Positions 1 to 13,459 of a stretch of DNA of 64,000 nucleotides are shown piece after piece (positions within the stretch are counted from its first letter, which is position 1; each line of letters begins with the position of its first letter). Location: the NCBI GenBank assembly GCA_040954595.2, contig CM082577.2:2480001-2544000 (forward strand), given 5' to 3'. Origin of the DNA: Balanoglossus misakiensis (Eukaryota; Animalia; Hemichordata). A program made the position numbers and the translations under genes. The notes beneath the pieces were generated by a model. It was not told the DNA's origin. It did no database searches and saw only the letters and a list, made by a program, of their open reading frames with translations.

Positions 1-801
1 GCTTTGTGTATTACCCAGCAACTCTGCATTTAAAGGGATTCCAGATGTCAAACTCTCACTGATTTTTTCAAGTTCTAAAGAGTCATTACAAACTGCTGAA
101 TCTCTGACACTGCTCTCTATGGCAACAGGAGGTGAAATATCTGTAAAAAAAATTACTTCTTTCAATGAAAATAAACAATACATCTAGATCTACATGTATA
201 TCATCTATATGAACATGCAAACAAACAGGTTTTTTCATATGTAGATGTACATGTACATTGATTATTTCACAGTGGATTTGCTGTGTTTATTTGCACACAC
301 ATAATGACATACATGTACATAAATTTGAAATGGCATGATTCCATGAATGGACATTTGACTGAGTGACATGTAGTCTGGAAGTGGGAGGGTATCCGTGATC
401 CTTGAGGCAGTTACAAAAGTCAGCTGGGCAGCTACAAATATCATTATCAGTACTAGTTTTGTATAGGATATTAGTACATCTGTGTCAATGTCACCGACAA
501 GGGACTACCTGTACATAAATACTAGCCGATCAAAACTGCAAGCAAAGAGTGAATACATGTACTACAGAAAAGTTCACGTTGGACCCAATGAATGTTGTAA
601 AACGATCGTGTTCTCGCGCGCTGCGTTAGAAATTGTAAGCAGACGTGAGGCAATAATCATCACTTTAATCAAGGATGCGACTAAAATAACAGAGAGTTGT
701 GTTGTGCGGTAAGTCGACGGTATTCAAGTGAACTGCGACCGAGAGAAATCAAACTTACCGCTGTCATTTCTGGGCTCTGGTCGTAGATCGGTAGAATTCA
801 T
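1..801 (-). CDS. 5' end of an unidentified protein-coding gene, truncated by the left edge; exons 801-759 and 140-<1
   Basis: ATG at 801-799 and donor G|GTAAGT at 758. Acceptor TTTTTTTTACAG ends at 141. The spliced frame is open to the window edge: MNSTDLRPEPRNDS-DISPPVAIESSVRDSAVCNDSLELEKISESLTSGIPLNAELLGNTQS. The first exon is CpG-rich. No family recognised. Confidence 0.65.
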
Positions 802-1425
802 TGCGACTTACTTGTAAACGACATCCAGCTACTGCCGCAAAATGGCTCTCTTTTTTACGCATCGGTTTGTGCGCAGGCTTTCAACCTCGTTCACAAGCAT
901 AGCGAACCACGAGACTTCCTGCATATATTGAAGTGCATCCAATTTCCAAGGGAATACTTGAAATACCTGTGTCAGTCATTTCTCGACACCACATCGTTTA
1001 TAATTATATACACCATTTCAATGCTCCGAAACTAAATTTGATAAATTCTTTATTATTGCTCAAAATAACAGTTTCTAGAAAACACAGTGAAGAAATCTTG
1101 CATTTCATTTCAATGGCAGCATAGTATACCTTATACAAAAGAAAAATAGTTGCCGCCACGATTTCCATAGCATTCTACTAAACCATTTTCCATATTTCAC
1201 ACTTCTGCACCATATAAATGGCTTTGTAAATATCTGTATGAAACTTACCAAACACTAGATAGCGGCTTAATAGCTTTCATTATTTTTTTCTGGAGAAGGT
1301 CACAGGTGGACAATAAAGCATACCATCTTGCAATAATTTTCTACATCATTCTAGTCAGTCTACAAAATTTACATTTATAAACAATTGCAGGCTTTTTAGT
1401 AAAAGTCATGCGTCATGTTGTGGGC

Positions 1426-1521
1426 TAGCCTGGTGTCCATACCAGGGTGTGCGTGTGTTTTTTTTATATATATATATATATATATATAGAAATTCACACC
1501 GCTGGTATGGAGACCAGGCTA
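1426..1521. mobile_element. Short hairpin MITE with TAG...CTA termini and about 10-bp TSD (AcademH-like, non-autonomous)
   Basis: TIRs TAGCCTGGTGTCCATACCAG / CTGGTATGGAGACCAGGCTA (19/20 match). Flanking direct repeats TGTTGTGGGC (1416-1425) and TGGTGTGGGC (1522-1531). Internal (AT)n. Confidence 0.65.
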
Positions 1522-1954
1522 TGGTGTGGGCTGACCAAAAATATCCCCTATCGTTCATTTAACAGTGCTATCTTCCTGCTTTGTACAAAGAACATTTCTA
1601 TTCCAATGACCTTGTTTATTTTTATGATCTGTGAAAGGAGAAAAACTATGACAAGGTCCAAAGAAGTAATGCTGGTAGTCTTGCTATCATTTGTATTGTT
1701 TTATGAAATTTACGTACTTTGTAGTTTCATAGTTTCTTTCGTAATGATGGAAATGCTGTGTTATTCTATTCGTTTTTTTGCATTTCATTCTGTTCATTAA
1801 TTAGATAATGACTTATTTAAGGAACAAAAGTTCATATTTTTTGACGAAATTTGAAAAACGTTATTGTTATTTCTACCATGTACCAAGGCCACACCAGCTG
1901 GCTCTCGGAAGCTGAATACAGCGCCACCGCCGACGTTATTGTACATCATTACCA

Positions 1955-1964
1955 GCGCATGCGT
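1955..1964 (+). promoter_or_regulatory. NRF1-like site in the WIPI2 promoter
   Basis: GCGCATGCGT about 120 bp upstream of the WIPI2 ATG, in a CpG-rich patch. Motif match only. Confidence 0.4.
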
Positions 1965-2085
1965 GGTGAAGTGTCATTGTTTTTAATGCCGGAGATCGTA
2001 GGGAAGTACCAAAATATTGTCCTTTTTTGTCAATAATCGTACATGTATGTGAGGAACAGCGAGACAGGGAACGCCATTAGTCTCC

Positions 2086-5000
2086 ATGAACCTCGCAAGC
2101 CACGCAGGGGAGGCAAATGCGAATTTGCTGTTCGTAAATTTCAACCAGGATTGCACGTAAGTATATGATGTCATAACCAGAGATAGATCGTCACATAGAC
2201 TGATGCTGTCATTGACGCTGTTGTTTTCATTTGTGAGCGAAATTGTACCTCGGCCAAGTTCATCAGTTAATCATGTGACTTACTTTTTCTCGTAGGTCGC
2301 TAGCCGTAGGGACCAAAACTGGGTGTAAGCTCTTTTCTCTCAGTTCCGTTGACAAACTAGAACCGATTTACGAACACAATGGTAAGTTTGTTGATTTTGT
2401 TTGTCGAGTCACGTCAGCTGATCGGGTCGTATATTAAATTAGTAGGACTTCGACCGACGATCTGCAGCTTTTTTCTTCCTTTCTTGGTGGTCAGAATGCT
2501 TCACGTCATTAATATACAATCCAACAACCGGATGAATTGACAACCAACTCACCAGAAAAACCTTCATGGTGATTATTATTGTAAATACACCGATTGAAAA
2601 TGTAAACAAATCAATAACGGGGGGGGGGGGGGGGGGGAATCAGACAAAGGCCATGGGTGACTTAGTAAATCTTTTTATTCATGTCTAAACACTGCTGAAT
2701 ACACAATAATTGAATTATTCTTGGCATGACCCTAATAAAATATGACCATCAGAACAACCATCGGTTATGTTAAGATTACCTTTGTAAATAACAGAGTAGT
2801 ATATTGTCTTGCAGGTTAATAATTTAAATTTGTTGAATTTTATCCTACTCACTGATACTCTTTCATTTTCACTTTATTTCACTTCAAAAATGTAAAAATT
2901 TATTTTAAATCTTGGTAACTTTTTTTCATGTTGTTAATAAATCTTACTTATTTACTTACTTTAAACAAGAACTTCTTCCGAAAATTAAAAAGATTGTCCA
3001 AAAGTCATCATTTATGCTTAACCTTATTTTGCCTGTGGTGACTTTTAAAGTGAACAATGGGATAAGAATTTATTCCAGGACAAAGGAGATTTTCGTTGCA
3101 GATATTGGTCGTGGTTTATCTTAATTGTCTTCATTGTTTTCAGAAACAGAGGATATCTGTATCGTGGAAAGATTATTTTCCAGTAGTCTTGTGGCAATGG
3201 TGAGCCTGTCGTCACCCAGGAAACTGAAAGTTTGTCATTTCAAGAAGGGGACAGAAATATGCAATTACAGTTATCCCAACACCATTCTGGCAGTGCGACT
3301 CAACCGATCGGTAAGTATGCATTTCAGCAGTGCTCAAATCCACTGGTGGAAGTCCATGCTCCAAAAAAGACTGGCACTTTCTATGATCAGGCTACAGTTT
3401 GCATAAATTACAGGTAGCCTAACAGACTGATTGGTCAGTGTGTACAAGTTTTGATAGTTTATCATGATGAGATATTCACTATCTGCCTGCTTACAAGAGG
3501 AAATTGGACATCCATTGTTTTTGACAGCCGGTCAGACCATAACTCATTGAACCCTGACCTCTGGTGACCTTTGACACTTGGGGGAGGGGATATATACCTT
3601 TGGGGAATATATCCCTGAATAGAGCTCAAAGAATTAGTTCTGTATATTCCACCAATAAAGCAATGATTAAATAACCAAGACTTGTAATCTACCATTACAC
3701 ATTGAGCGACTCTACATGATCGATCTGTCACATATGTCTATTAAGCATATCAACATGAACAATTTAACCTAACAGTGCCCTAATTGCCTTTTGCCCAGTT
3801 CAGTGTCATAATGTTTCTTTGTCGTGAAGTGAATTAGTCATTAAGTGTGAACTAGATTTAAAATGTATTCTGGGACTGCAGATTTCAATTTAGGTACTGG
3901 GCATGAAATAATGGAAAGACAGGTCTCTGTCAGGGGGCGTGACTACTTGAAGACCCCATGTGAGACTGTGTGTTTTCACCCTTTAGACTATGTACTCAGG
4001 GTAGACATTTGATTGTTTTTGTGTATACATGTTAGATGTACCATATCATGACCAGTTTGATATAATAGAATAAAAACACTGATCAGACAAAAAAGAATTC
4101 AAGCACTGGAATCATGTACTATTAGTTACTGCTTATGCATGATTTAGTATTTACACGCTAGCTTTTCTAACTTATTCGAAAACAATAGCACATAATGTAC
4201 ATGTATGACCTGCTGTAACAAGTCCCCTTTAAAGATAAATTTGCTCTCATGCAGCATTGTTGTACTGAAGTATGTTTTAAAAACGTGAACAGGGTCATAT
4301 GTTGATAACCTGACCCACTTTAGAGCCATTAATTACAATACAGGCACCTGAAAATTTTTCCCAGTCCGTATAAATTAATAGCCAATACTGTTCATGATAA
4401 ATTAAAAGGAAAGATTGTTTTTGATAACATTTTATTAATAAATTAATGAGGTGTAGAAAATGGACATTTATAGAATTTGGTATTTTGCTGTGTCTGCCTA
4501 TGTGGGCAAAAATATGGAACATTGATCATGCATTTTGTCGACACATAATGGGTCAAAACATAATGGGTCCCCGGTTGTAAATACAAAATGTATTACAAAC
4601 CCTTCCTGGGTGTGGCCACCATCTAATATATTGAATGATTGTATGCAAATGTATACTCATTAGAGTTCCTCATCTATTTTTATTCAAATGATACTGAGCC
4701 ATAATGAGTTACTCTAATGTTTATAAACATAGAGAGTGGAATTAGGCTGTCAACACACATCTGCATCATGTTTGTCATTTTCTGCTGACATCAGCTGTCT
4801 GTGTTGTTTATGTTTTGTTGCCTGTCTGTTGGTGTGACCTTCACATAGAGAAACTAGATCCGATCTTTGTTTACAAGTAGATATGGGACTCCCAAGTTCA
4901 ATAGGGCCAGCAATAGCCAATAACTGACTAGTTTCTGAAATTGTGATAGTATACCAAATTTTAGGAAAAGAATATTCTTCTTGTAGAAGGAATGTACCTT

Positions 5001-8000
5001 AAAAAACAGCTTCAATATTGTTAAAGCACTGATCCCGTGGAACAAGGTTATATATTTTTGTTATAAAAATGTAAAGTATTTGTGTATTGTGGTGTGAGAC
5101 GGTCCAACCAGCAAATGTGACGTGTCTGTTGAGGTGTGACAATGATAAGTATTTATACATATGTACCATCTAATTTTCTCATGTTAATTGCCAAAGGGGG
5201 GGGGGGGGTATAAACTGTAAACAGTTATTTTGAGAGGCAGTACCGTAGATGTCAGATTCTGGATATGGAGCTATATGAGCATCATTCGGGGGAAACAACA
5301 CAAGATCAATATTGCACAGAGTGACCCCTTGCGGTTGGCTTGAATTCATGATTTATAATGTGATGACGCTGGTAATATTTCTATTTTATACACCCACGAA
5401 AGTCTGATGAAATGACAGTCATGGTTTCATTGTGTAGGCCAAATCACATCTAGCTGTTAGAATCATGTCGTTCATGTGACCTACTGTAGACAGCAATTGA
5501 AGTGCTCGAGTTTGTGTACGTGTGGATTCTCACAATAAATGTTCGCAAAGCATATCACAGCAATCCTTTGATTACAGTAAATGTAGGCCTTGCCTATTTA
5601 TTTCCCACTTTGTGCCCGAAATCTGGAAAGCAATGACGTTTTTGTGGCAAAATAGTCTTAAATCTTGCAAGTAATAACAGTTCTGTGGCAAAAGAACATT
5701 TCCAGGCAATTTAACTGGGAAAGGTATCAGGACCTAAATACGGGGCAATTGCTTCTAACGGTGCCATTAAGCACACAAATTTAAGAAAATGGAAATTTAA
5801 AGGTACTTGATGTGAAAAAAATGTTGTGCAGGCTACCGGTAAACTGCTAGATTTATGGAATTTCCCCGGCCGTATCGGTGAAATGATCGTTCTAATCATG
5901 ATATTATATGGTTGCATGCTTTCTCCTAATTTGACACCGAATACACAATTGGTAATGCTTGAAGATTTTTTAGCTCATTATTAAGAAGTAATCTGTAGGC
6001 CATGCCGAGTCAGCAGTCTTGTACAGAACTGATATTTAATTTATTGTATGTTGTATACATGTATCGCTATTTTTCAAACATGTAGCTTTCAATTATCAGA
6101 TAAGAATGGTTAGTCCCCAATGTACAGCGAACATACATGTAACGTATGATCTGCTATGAAGACGTGTCATCGTCTATCCATTGACAGCTTTTGCTTCACT
6201 GATGCCTGACTGCCTTGTTCTGAAAGCGATCGTGTCTCTCGGAGACTGTTAGCAGGTGTCCCCTGGAGGGATAGTTAGGAGGGGGGATGGTCGTAACCAT
6301 GGTAACTGTCTTGTACTGCTGAGAAATGGAGAATCTTCAAAATAAGCATGAGTACTCAAGACATGCAAATTATTAGTGTATTGTTTTTCTCCCTAGAGCC
6401 CAGGGACAAGAGCGTGATGTGAAAATGTGACAGTTTCTGCAATTACTGGTCTTCATGCTCAGACTCTATTCATCCACATTTTTTGCTCTTAAGAGCTCTC
6501 CTTCACATCTAAAAATAACCAATACATTGTATTTACATTGAAAACCACGTACATTTACACAACTGTGCAAGATGTTCATGATAAAATGATACATGTATGT
6601 CTTTGCAGGTTTATGTACTATGTGAGCCATATTTTTTCGCACATTTGGTGTCGATCAAAGGATTTCCTTTCACCTTTGGTAACTCTGACAAGAAACCAGA
6701 GCTTAGACATGGGAGAAAATGCAAAAAAAATAATAGCGAAAGTTACAAGGGCTTCAGTTTTAAAATATGCTATTTTAACCTACATTTAATGATAGTTTGA
6801 TTTTGGACCTAGACAGATATTATTATTCACATAATGAAAACAATTTCTAATTGAATCTACAATGTGTAAATATATTGTTGATGTAAGTGAATTTCACCTG
6901 TGTGTATTTTTCTTTCTCCCGCAGAGGTTGATTGTGGCCTTGGAGGAGAGTCTCTACATACACAATATCCGCGACATGAAAGTGTTGCATACAATACGAG
7001 ACACGCCACCAAACCCCATAGGACTGTGTGCTCTCTCCGTCAATAACGAAAACTGCTACCTTGCCTATCCAGGCAGCAATCACATCGGTGAAGTACAGAT
7101 CTTTGACACGGTCAACCTGCGAGCCGTCACCATGATTCCGGCGCATGACAGCCCGCTCGCAGCGTTGGCGTTTAACGCCACTGCCACAAAACTTGCGACA
7201 GCTTCTGAAAAGGTATGTGTTTCGCTCCAGTGTTTCTGTTTTTTATCATGGCTGAATCCATTTCAAGTCTTCCAAGTGACATCAGAGCATTGAAACAACA
7301 CAAACTTTTAGATTTAAAAATAAACTAGATAAAAGAAATTATCATCTTGCATTTATTACAATTTAATATGAAAGAATGTTTCAGCAGAGAATGTTATTAT
7401 CACAGACCATGAAAGGAAATTTCAGCTAGCTTACCTAACTACCATTGATGAATATTCAGAAGTATGCCAGACACAGGTGTCAATCATCAAGGGCTACTCT
7501 ATGTGCAAAGGTCATGCAATAAAGCCACAGATGTTGGTATATGATGATATACTAGTGCAGTGGTGTATATGGGAAAAATGACCATGTGCTATTTTTATGA
7601 CTGTAACTACGTATATGTGGGGCAGTCATTGCATATATGCAAGGACATCATATAAAGGATCCTGATGATTGTGGTCAAATTTAATTACCATGAGATACTT
7701 GTGTCTGTAAACCCCTTTAGAAAGTCTTTTTATCAATGTGGTGTTCGTCAACATTGATATTTGTAATGGATTGTGTTTCTCTGGGAAATTAAACTTGTCT
7801 GTCATGGAAGTATCAGAAATTCAAATGAACAAACAAGACTGATATTCAAATATTTGTAGTAGGGGAGGGGGTAGGGTAAGTTTGGCATTGTGTTGGAGAT
7901 ATTCTACTTGCGTTTTGTAATGGCAGGAGATTGATAATGATTATTTGTTGTTGTTTATTCAGGGTACGGTGATAAGGGTGTTTTCAGTTCCAGATGGGAC

Positions 8001-10631
8001 TAAATTATTTGAATTCCGGAGGGGAATGAAACGGTAAGTATTTGTCAGAAAGGAATGTTTGCATTAAAGCCAGACCCGAAAAAAAATTCGATATTGAATT
8101 GTGTTTCAGATTGTCATTGTGATCTCATTACCCTTTGTTTACCATCACCAAGGTGTCCTCCATTCCACAATCAGCTGTTGAGTGGACACAGCTTGCACAA
8201 TGCAAATTCAACTTGTCTTCATATTTTGCATGTCTCTATTTTTTCCAGATGTGTCAGTATAAACTCCCTGGCCTTCACAACAGACTCCATCTTCCTATCT
8301 GCGTCCAGCAATACAGAAACGGTTCACATATTCAAACTTGAGACACCGCGGGAAAGGTATGAGAAATTATTGATGATTTAATCTGTTTTGATGCCAAGGT
8401 AATGTGGTGTAAAGTTCTAACACGGTTTGGCACGATTCATCTAAACAGTAATTCAATCTGTTACGAGGACATAATCTTATTTACTGTAATACTAATAGCC
8501 CATGAAGTCATAAACCCATGTCTTTCATTCAGTACATACTATTATTAGTTCCTGTGAGTGTCAGCCATTGAGTGGGAAAAATCTGCATAACAAACATGAC
8601 TTTTGAAACTAATAACTACACGTGTATCCAATCATTTCCATATTAATCCACAATTGTGAGTTTATCTCATTTCTATTTCATACTCAAGCTTGCGAAATTT
8701 GGAATATATTCTGTCGTGTTTTCATCTTCCTTGCTGTATTTCAGCAATCAGAGGTCATCTTGATGCGAAAAACGTCCCTGCTAATTGCATCTGGGGGGCC
8801 TTATGCATTAGTGATCAAATTGAGTTTACTGTCCATATGGGTACCTCTAAATAAGTTACCAGTCAGCCTCTATCAGTACGAAAAATCACTGTACTCTGGT
8901 CCTTAATTGGCTGTGATGGGTTGTACGGAGTTGCCGTCTTCCAGCAAGGATGATGCAAATGAGATTCAATCAGAATTTTAATGAGCACTGATTCTGTATT
9001 TTCAGACCAACAGAAGAGCAAGGCAGTTGGATGGGATACGTCAGCCAGGCTTTGAAGTCGTCCGCCAGTTATCTGCCGTCGGGGGTGACTGACGTCTTCA
9101 ACCAAGGACGGGCATTCGCCAACATCAAGTTGCCATTTTCGGGCCTCAAAAATATCTGTGCGCTGGCAATGTAAGTTGGAAGAATCTATTATTCTTTCCA
9201 CCCCCATGCGCACAATGAACTGTTCTTTTGCTGACGTACCCTTCTGCTTCCAACATATGGTCTGATCCAATGGTTGTCAGTGGAGTGGTTTGATCAAAAT
9301 GGCCATCATTTGATGTAATGACAGCCATCATGAAAACATTGCAAATTTTCTAGATACTAATATTTACAATGGTAGGCTAGTCCTATGTGTTGTTATATGT
9401 AGATATATTATTTGAATTTTGAATAATCCCAACCAAGAAATATACATTCACTGATCATAACTCAAATACTTTGGCAAATGACGACCATGGATAGAAAGGA
9501 ACATACCTGACCCCTTTAGTGAGTGAAGCAGCAGAATGGGTCAAGGAACCCAAATATTATTTTGATGGTGTTTTTCACTTTACCAGAAACTGCCATTTGT
9601 AGAGCATTGTATTGTCATCATCAAAGCTTGGATTGATTCGGCCCGCTGGAACACTGAACACTTGTAATATCTGCCATTACAGGATACAGAAGCTACCACG
9701 TGTGCTGGTTGCATCCCAAGACGGTTATTTATATATTTATAATTTGGACCCAGCCGAAGGAGGAGATTGTACTCTGTTAAAGCAGCACAGGTATAAATAT
9801 AAATCTAGACTGCCGTTGTGTTGACGATGCACAACTCAACCCTGTGGCATTGTTGTCCCATTGGAGAAGGGCTGGGAAGGAGGGATGGTTTTATAGAATA
9901 TGATAGTTGAGTGTTATTATAAAGTGTGGAAAATATACTCGCTGAATATTTGTGTTCAAGGTTGGCATGGTGATACACTTAACATTGCACGACACTGTTT
10001 ATTTTCTGCAGGTTGATTGGCGACTTGGGTGGTGAAGCAGTTGGCGTGGAGACGGCAGAGAGACCAATCAAACCTGGCGGACCACCAACGTTTGCTGCAG
10101 CGGCTGCAGTTTCGGCTAAACCGACACTACCGGAGTCTCTGCCCGACAGGAACATGACTGAAGGTAGGGGGCTCTTCACTAGGTTATTCTCGATGGATAG
10201 TTATAAGCAATCGTTTCTTCAAGTTCAGAAAGTGCTAGAAGATAGTTTTCACTTGCCTACACAAATCCAACCATGGTTGAAAAAATTATTGTTATTGTGT
10301 GCAGTGTTAGGCCTTTTGACTTCAAGGTAAAACATTTGTTTGACTGATTTCTGAGTTTCTGACCATCTCGGTGTCAGCTGCCTATTTTCTGTCGCTGGGG
10401 GCGCTCTTTTACAGGTGCATTGAATTCAGAGCGGTTGTGTTGTGAGACCCTTTTTAACAAAATATTTTGATCACGATCTGTTTTTCAGAGTATGTTGAAA
10501 ACCTGGACGATGTCATGCCTCCATCGGACATGCTGGGCACTGCAGTGCAAGAGGACTTAGTCACAGACGACCTGAAACTCGACGATGACAACGAATTTCC
10601 ACCCATGACCCATCACACGGATATCCCGTAG
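2086..10631 (+). CDS. WIPI2: WD repeat domain phosphoinositide-interacting protein 2 (Atg18/PROPPIN), about 452 aa, 10 exons
   Basis: Exons 2086-2156, 2296-2381, 3144-3310, 6925-7212, 7963-8033, 8249-8356, 9006-9170, 9683-9790, 10012-10163, 10489-10631. All introns are GT-AG and the total of 1359 nt is in frame. N-terminus [29 protein letters not shown]; also [12 protein letters not shown], the phosphoinositide-binding FRRG motif ([10 protein letters not shown]) and C-terminus [12 protein letters not shown], all like WIPI2. Confidence 0.96.
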
Positions 10632-11066
10632 AGACATCAAGACGATTCGCGGATCTTTCACAACAAGAAATGAATCATGACTTGTGATTTGTTGAACTGA
10701 ACAATAATGACCTAGCAACAGGTGACAGTAAAATGTTTACGAATTAAATAAGGATGAAATAGAGAACATTGTGTCCAAACATTATTGGTCAGCTTTTTAT
10801 TACATTTTTTGCTTTATCACAGGCCTTTTTCACCCCAGAGGACATTTTGTCGTTGAAGAATTGGAAGCTGTATGTGGGGCCGTTATTACAAATCCTACAT
10901 AAGTTGTGTATATTGATATGAGAGTAATTACAGCATTTGTAGTGAATTATTAAAATCTTGGTGGTGTTGTTTTTTTTGGTGTGTAGGGTTTAGCGCGACC
11001 TTGGTCTTATTCCAAGCCTTCTCTGTCCATTACATTATCATGTAAGAAATTTTAATGTAAAGCTAC

Positions 11067-11072
11067 AATAAA
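11067..11072 (+). terminator. Candidate WIPI2 polyadenylation signal
   Basis: AATAAA about 435 nt after the stop, followed by GT-rich sequence. Confidence 0.45.
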
Positions 11073-13213
11073 TCTATTGGTTCCAAGTCTGTTGTCGTAG
11101 TCGTTATTTCGTGTGATGGTGACTCTCTCTCTTCTTGGATAATACACAAACCAATAGACAGCAGTGATTGCTAAAATGGCAAAAGAATTCCAAAAAGGCC
11201 AATTGCCAATGTTTACACTGCCACACTGGAGTAAAATGATTCTCTTGTGAAAAAAACACTTCATAAAGAGGCAGACACAAGTAAGCACGTTCCATCAACT
11301 AACATAGTTAATTTAATTCCACTTGAATAGCACAAACCAACATGGCTATCAAAAAAGTAATGAATATCAAAAAAAGACAATTTTAAAGAGAAGTCAACAT
11401 ACCTTGTGGTATTTTAAATAGAAAGTTAATGTCTTCCAGCTATGTGAACATTTTATTGATATCTGAAGCCTAGAGTACAAACACCAACACGATGATTTCA
11501 TTCTACGAGGCAAGTGCTGAACTTAAAAAAGGTTGAGTCAGTAAAATATAAGACAGTATAGTCAAATACATAATGGAATTTTTTAAACTACATTCTCCCT
11601 CTACAGTTGATATCCAATTATTCTAAATTGCTAATTTTCCTGAACTCTAAGGAAATCATATGCAATCTTCACTTTCCACAATTTCTCTCGATAAATTTTA
11701 ATATTGCAAATAGTGCCTACAACATTGCTAATTGCCACTATGTCTACAGGAGGGGAACCTCACATACTAAGATTTTCGATCACTTCTGTTACCAGAAAAT
11801 TCAACCTTATATTGAGACTCTTGACAGCTTTTCACTTTTATCACCCCATTTGCTCTGCACACTGCGGAAAACGACAAAACAGCTCCCCTCAAAACATACT
11901 CCTTTCACCCCCTTTTCCAAGCCAAGATTTGGCACAATCCAATTGTAACCCAGTAACACAACTGATGGATTTTTTAACGAGTGTAAAGGTCAAATCGAGG
12001 GTTAGCAAATTGTGCTTTCTCTTTGCATACTGTGCTGGGATAGTAAATTCACACAAGCCACGCCAGGCAAAATTGCAATCTCATAACGACATCTGGGTAA
12101 ATTAACTACACTTGGATAGCTATATATACATCTATATATGGACATTGTTTCACAGTTCATAGATAAAGCAAAATACTTGGTTCACCTTTTTGGAAAATAA
12201 AAACTTCGCTGCTACTGGTGCGTTTTGCAGACTCTTCAGAATTGCAAGGACACACACATACACACACAAGCCAGGTCAGGAACAGCTCCATACAGCTACC
12301 TTGCCTGCACAGTATAAAAAGATATGGAAGAAAAGAAAAAAAAATGTTTTAGAAAATTTTATTTGCCTGTTCAATTTTTGCTCCAGTTGATCTACTGGGT
12401 AAATTGGTAAATGCACGTGTTTCATATAACAAGAATAATCACAAAATGTTCTCAATAAAAATGCATTTTTGGCCCATCTGAGAAATTTACACTGATATCA
12501 GATATATGTTCAACGAAACCCCAGACAAGGGAATGAAACGAAGCAATGAGGTTTGTTTAATACAAAAAACTGAATGAACCCAAATAACTGAGGATTTGAC
12601 AGAGATTGTTTGAACAGTGCCCATGCTCCACTGGTATGGTATGCAATGACCACTTGGGGAAAGAATACCTGTACAAGTTGGTGTCCTGTTGATTCACTGT
12701 ATTGGTACACTCCAGGCATCACCTGACACCATTATTTATATTTATCTAGCTGCCCTTTTCCAATGTCTTCGTTGTTATTTGAAAATCGACACAAAACTTG
12801 CTTTTGAGTGACAAGTTCTCCTCGCAAACATTGACAATTGATTCGAAGCACGCGTCCGCAAGAATCATGCATGGTGACAGTACTCTGAAGGAATACACAC
12901 GCACACATGTATGCACAATGGCATGTACACACACACACACATGCTTTGACTGTATACATTGAAGTAGTAACAGATCCATCAATTTGACACTTTTTTCTTT
13001 TTGTAAAATAAAATACAATTAAAATTTGACAGAGAACACGCAAGCTTGTGTTCCAACTAAAATAACTTATTCTTCGATTTGTTTTCCGTACAAAGCTACA
13101 GAAATGGCAAAACACCAAAGAATTTCACACTGATGTGCTTCTGAGAATGAGTTCATGTCAATGACAAAAGACTATGATGCATGAAAACACAAAAAACTCT
13201 TTGCGGTCATCTT

Positions 13214-13444
13214 CTGAACGAATGAGAGAGAGAGAAGAGAAGAGGCCTCCCCAACTTCTGGGTCATTCTCTCATGTCCCAGGCATCAACATGTGATCAGA
13301 AGAGACCGCACGCAGCTAAGCTCAGCCGTCCCAGTCTTGCAGAGTTCACTTCCAAGCTAAAAATGAATCCACTCACCTGTGAATGTTTTTATGTAGGGCT
13401 CTTTTACAGGCAGCCTACATGGGAGCTATCTACCAAACACTCAC
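13214..13444 (-). other. LUC7L3 3'UTR intron with two alternative donors
   Basis: CAG|GTGAGT donors at 13444 and 13376. Long pyrimidine tract TCTTCTCTTCTCTCTCTCTCATTCGTTCAG ends at 13214. Confidence 0.65.
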
Positions 13445-13459
13445 CTGTGGCTTGCAAAT

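Noticed and set aside
3464-3557. C-box ATGATGA ... D-box CTGA in WIPI2 intron 3
   Set aside because: No terminal stem and no recognisable rRNA-complementary guide.
10415-10470. Alternative upstream acceptor for the last WIPI2 exon
   Set aside because: It leads to an early stop and loses the conserved EFPPM C-terminus; the 10489 acceptor fits better.
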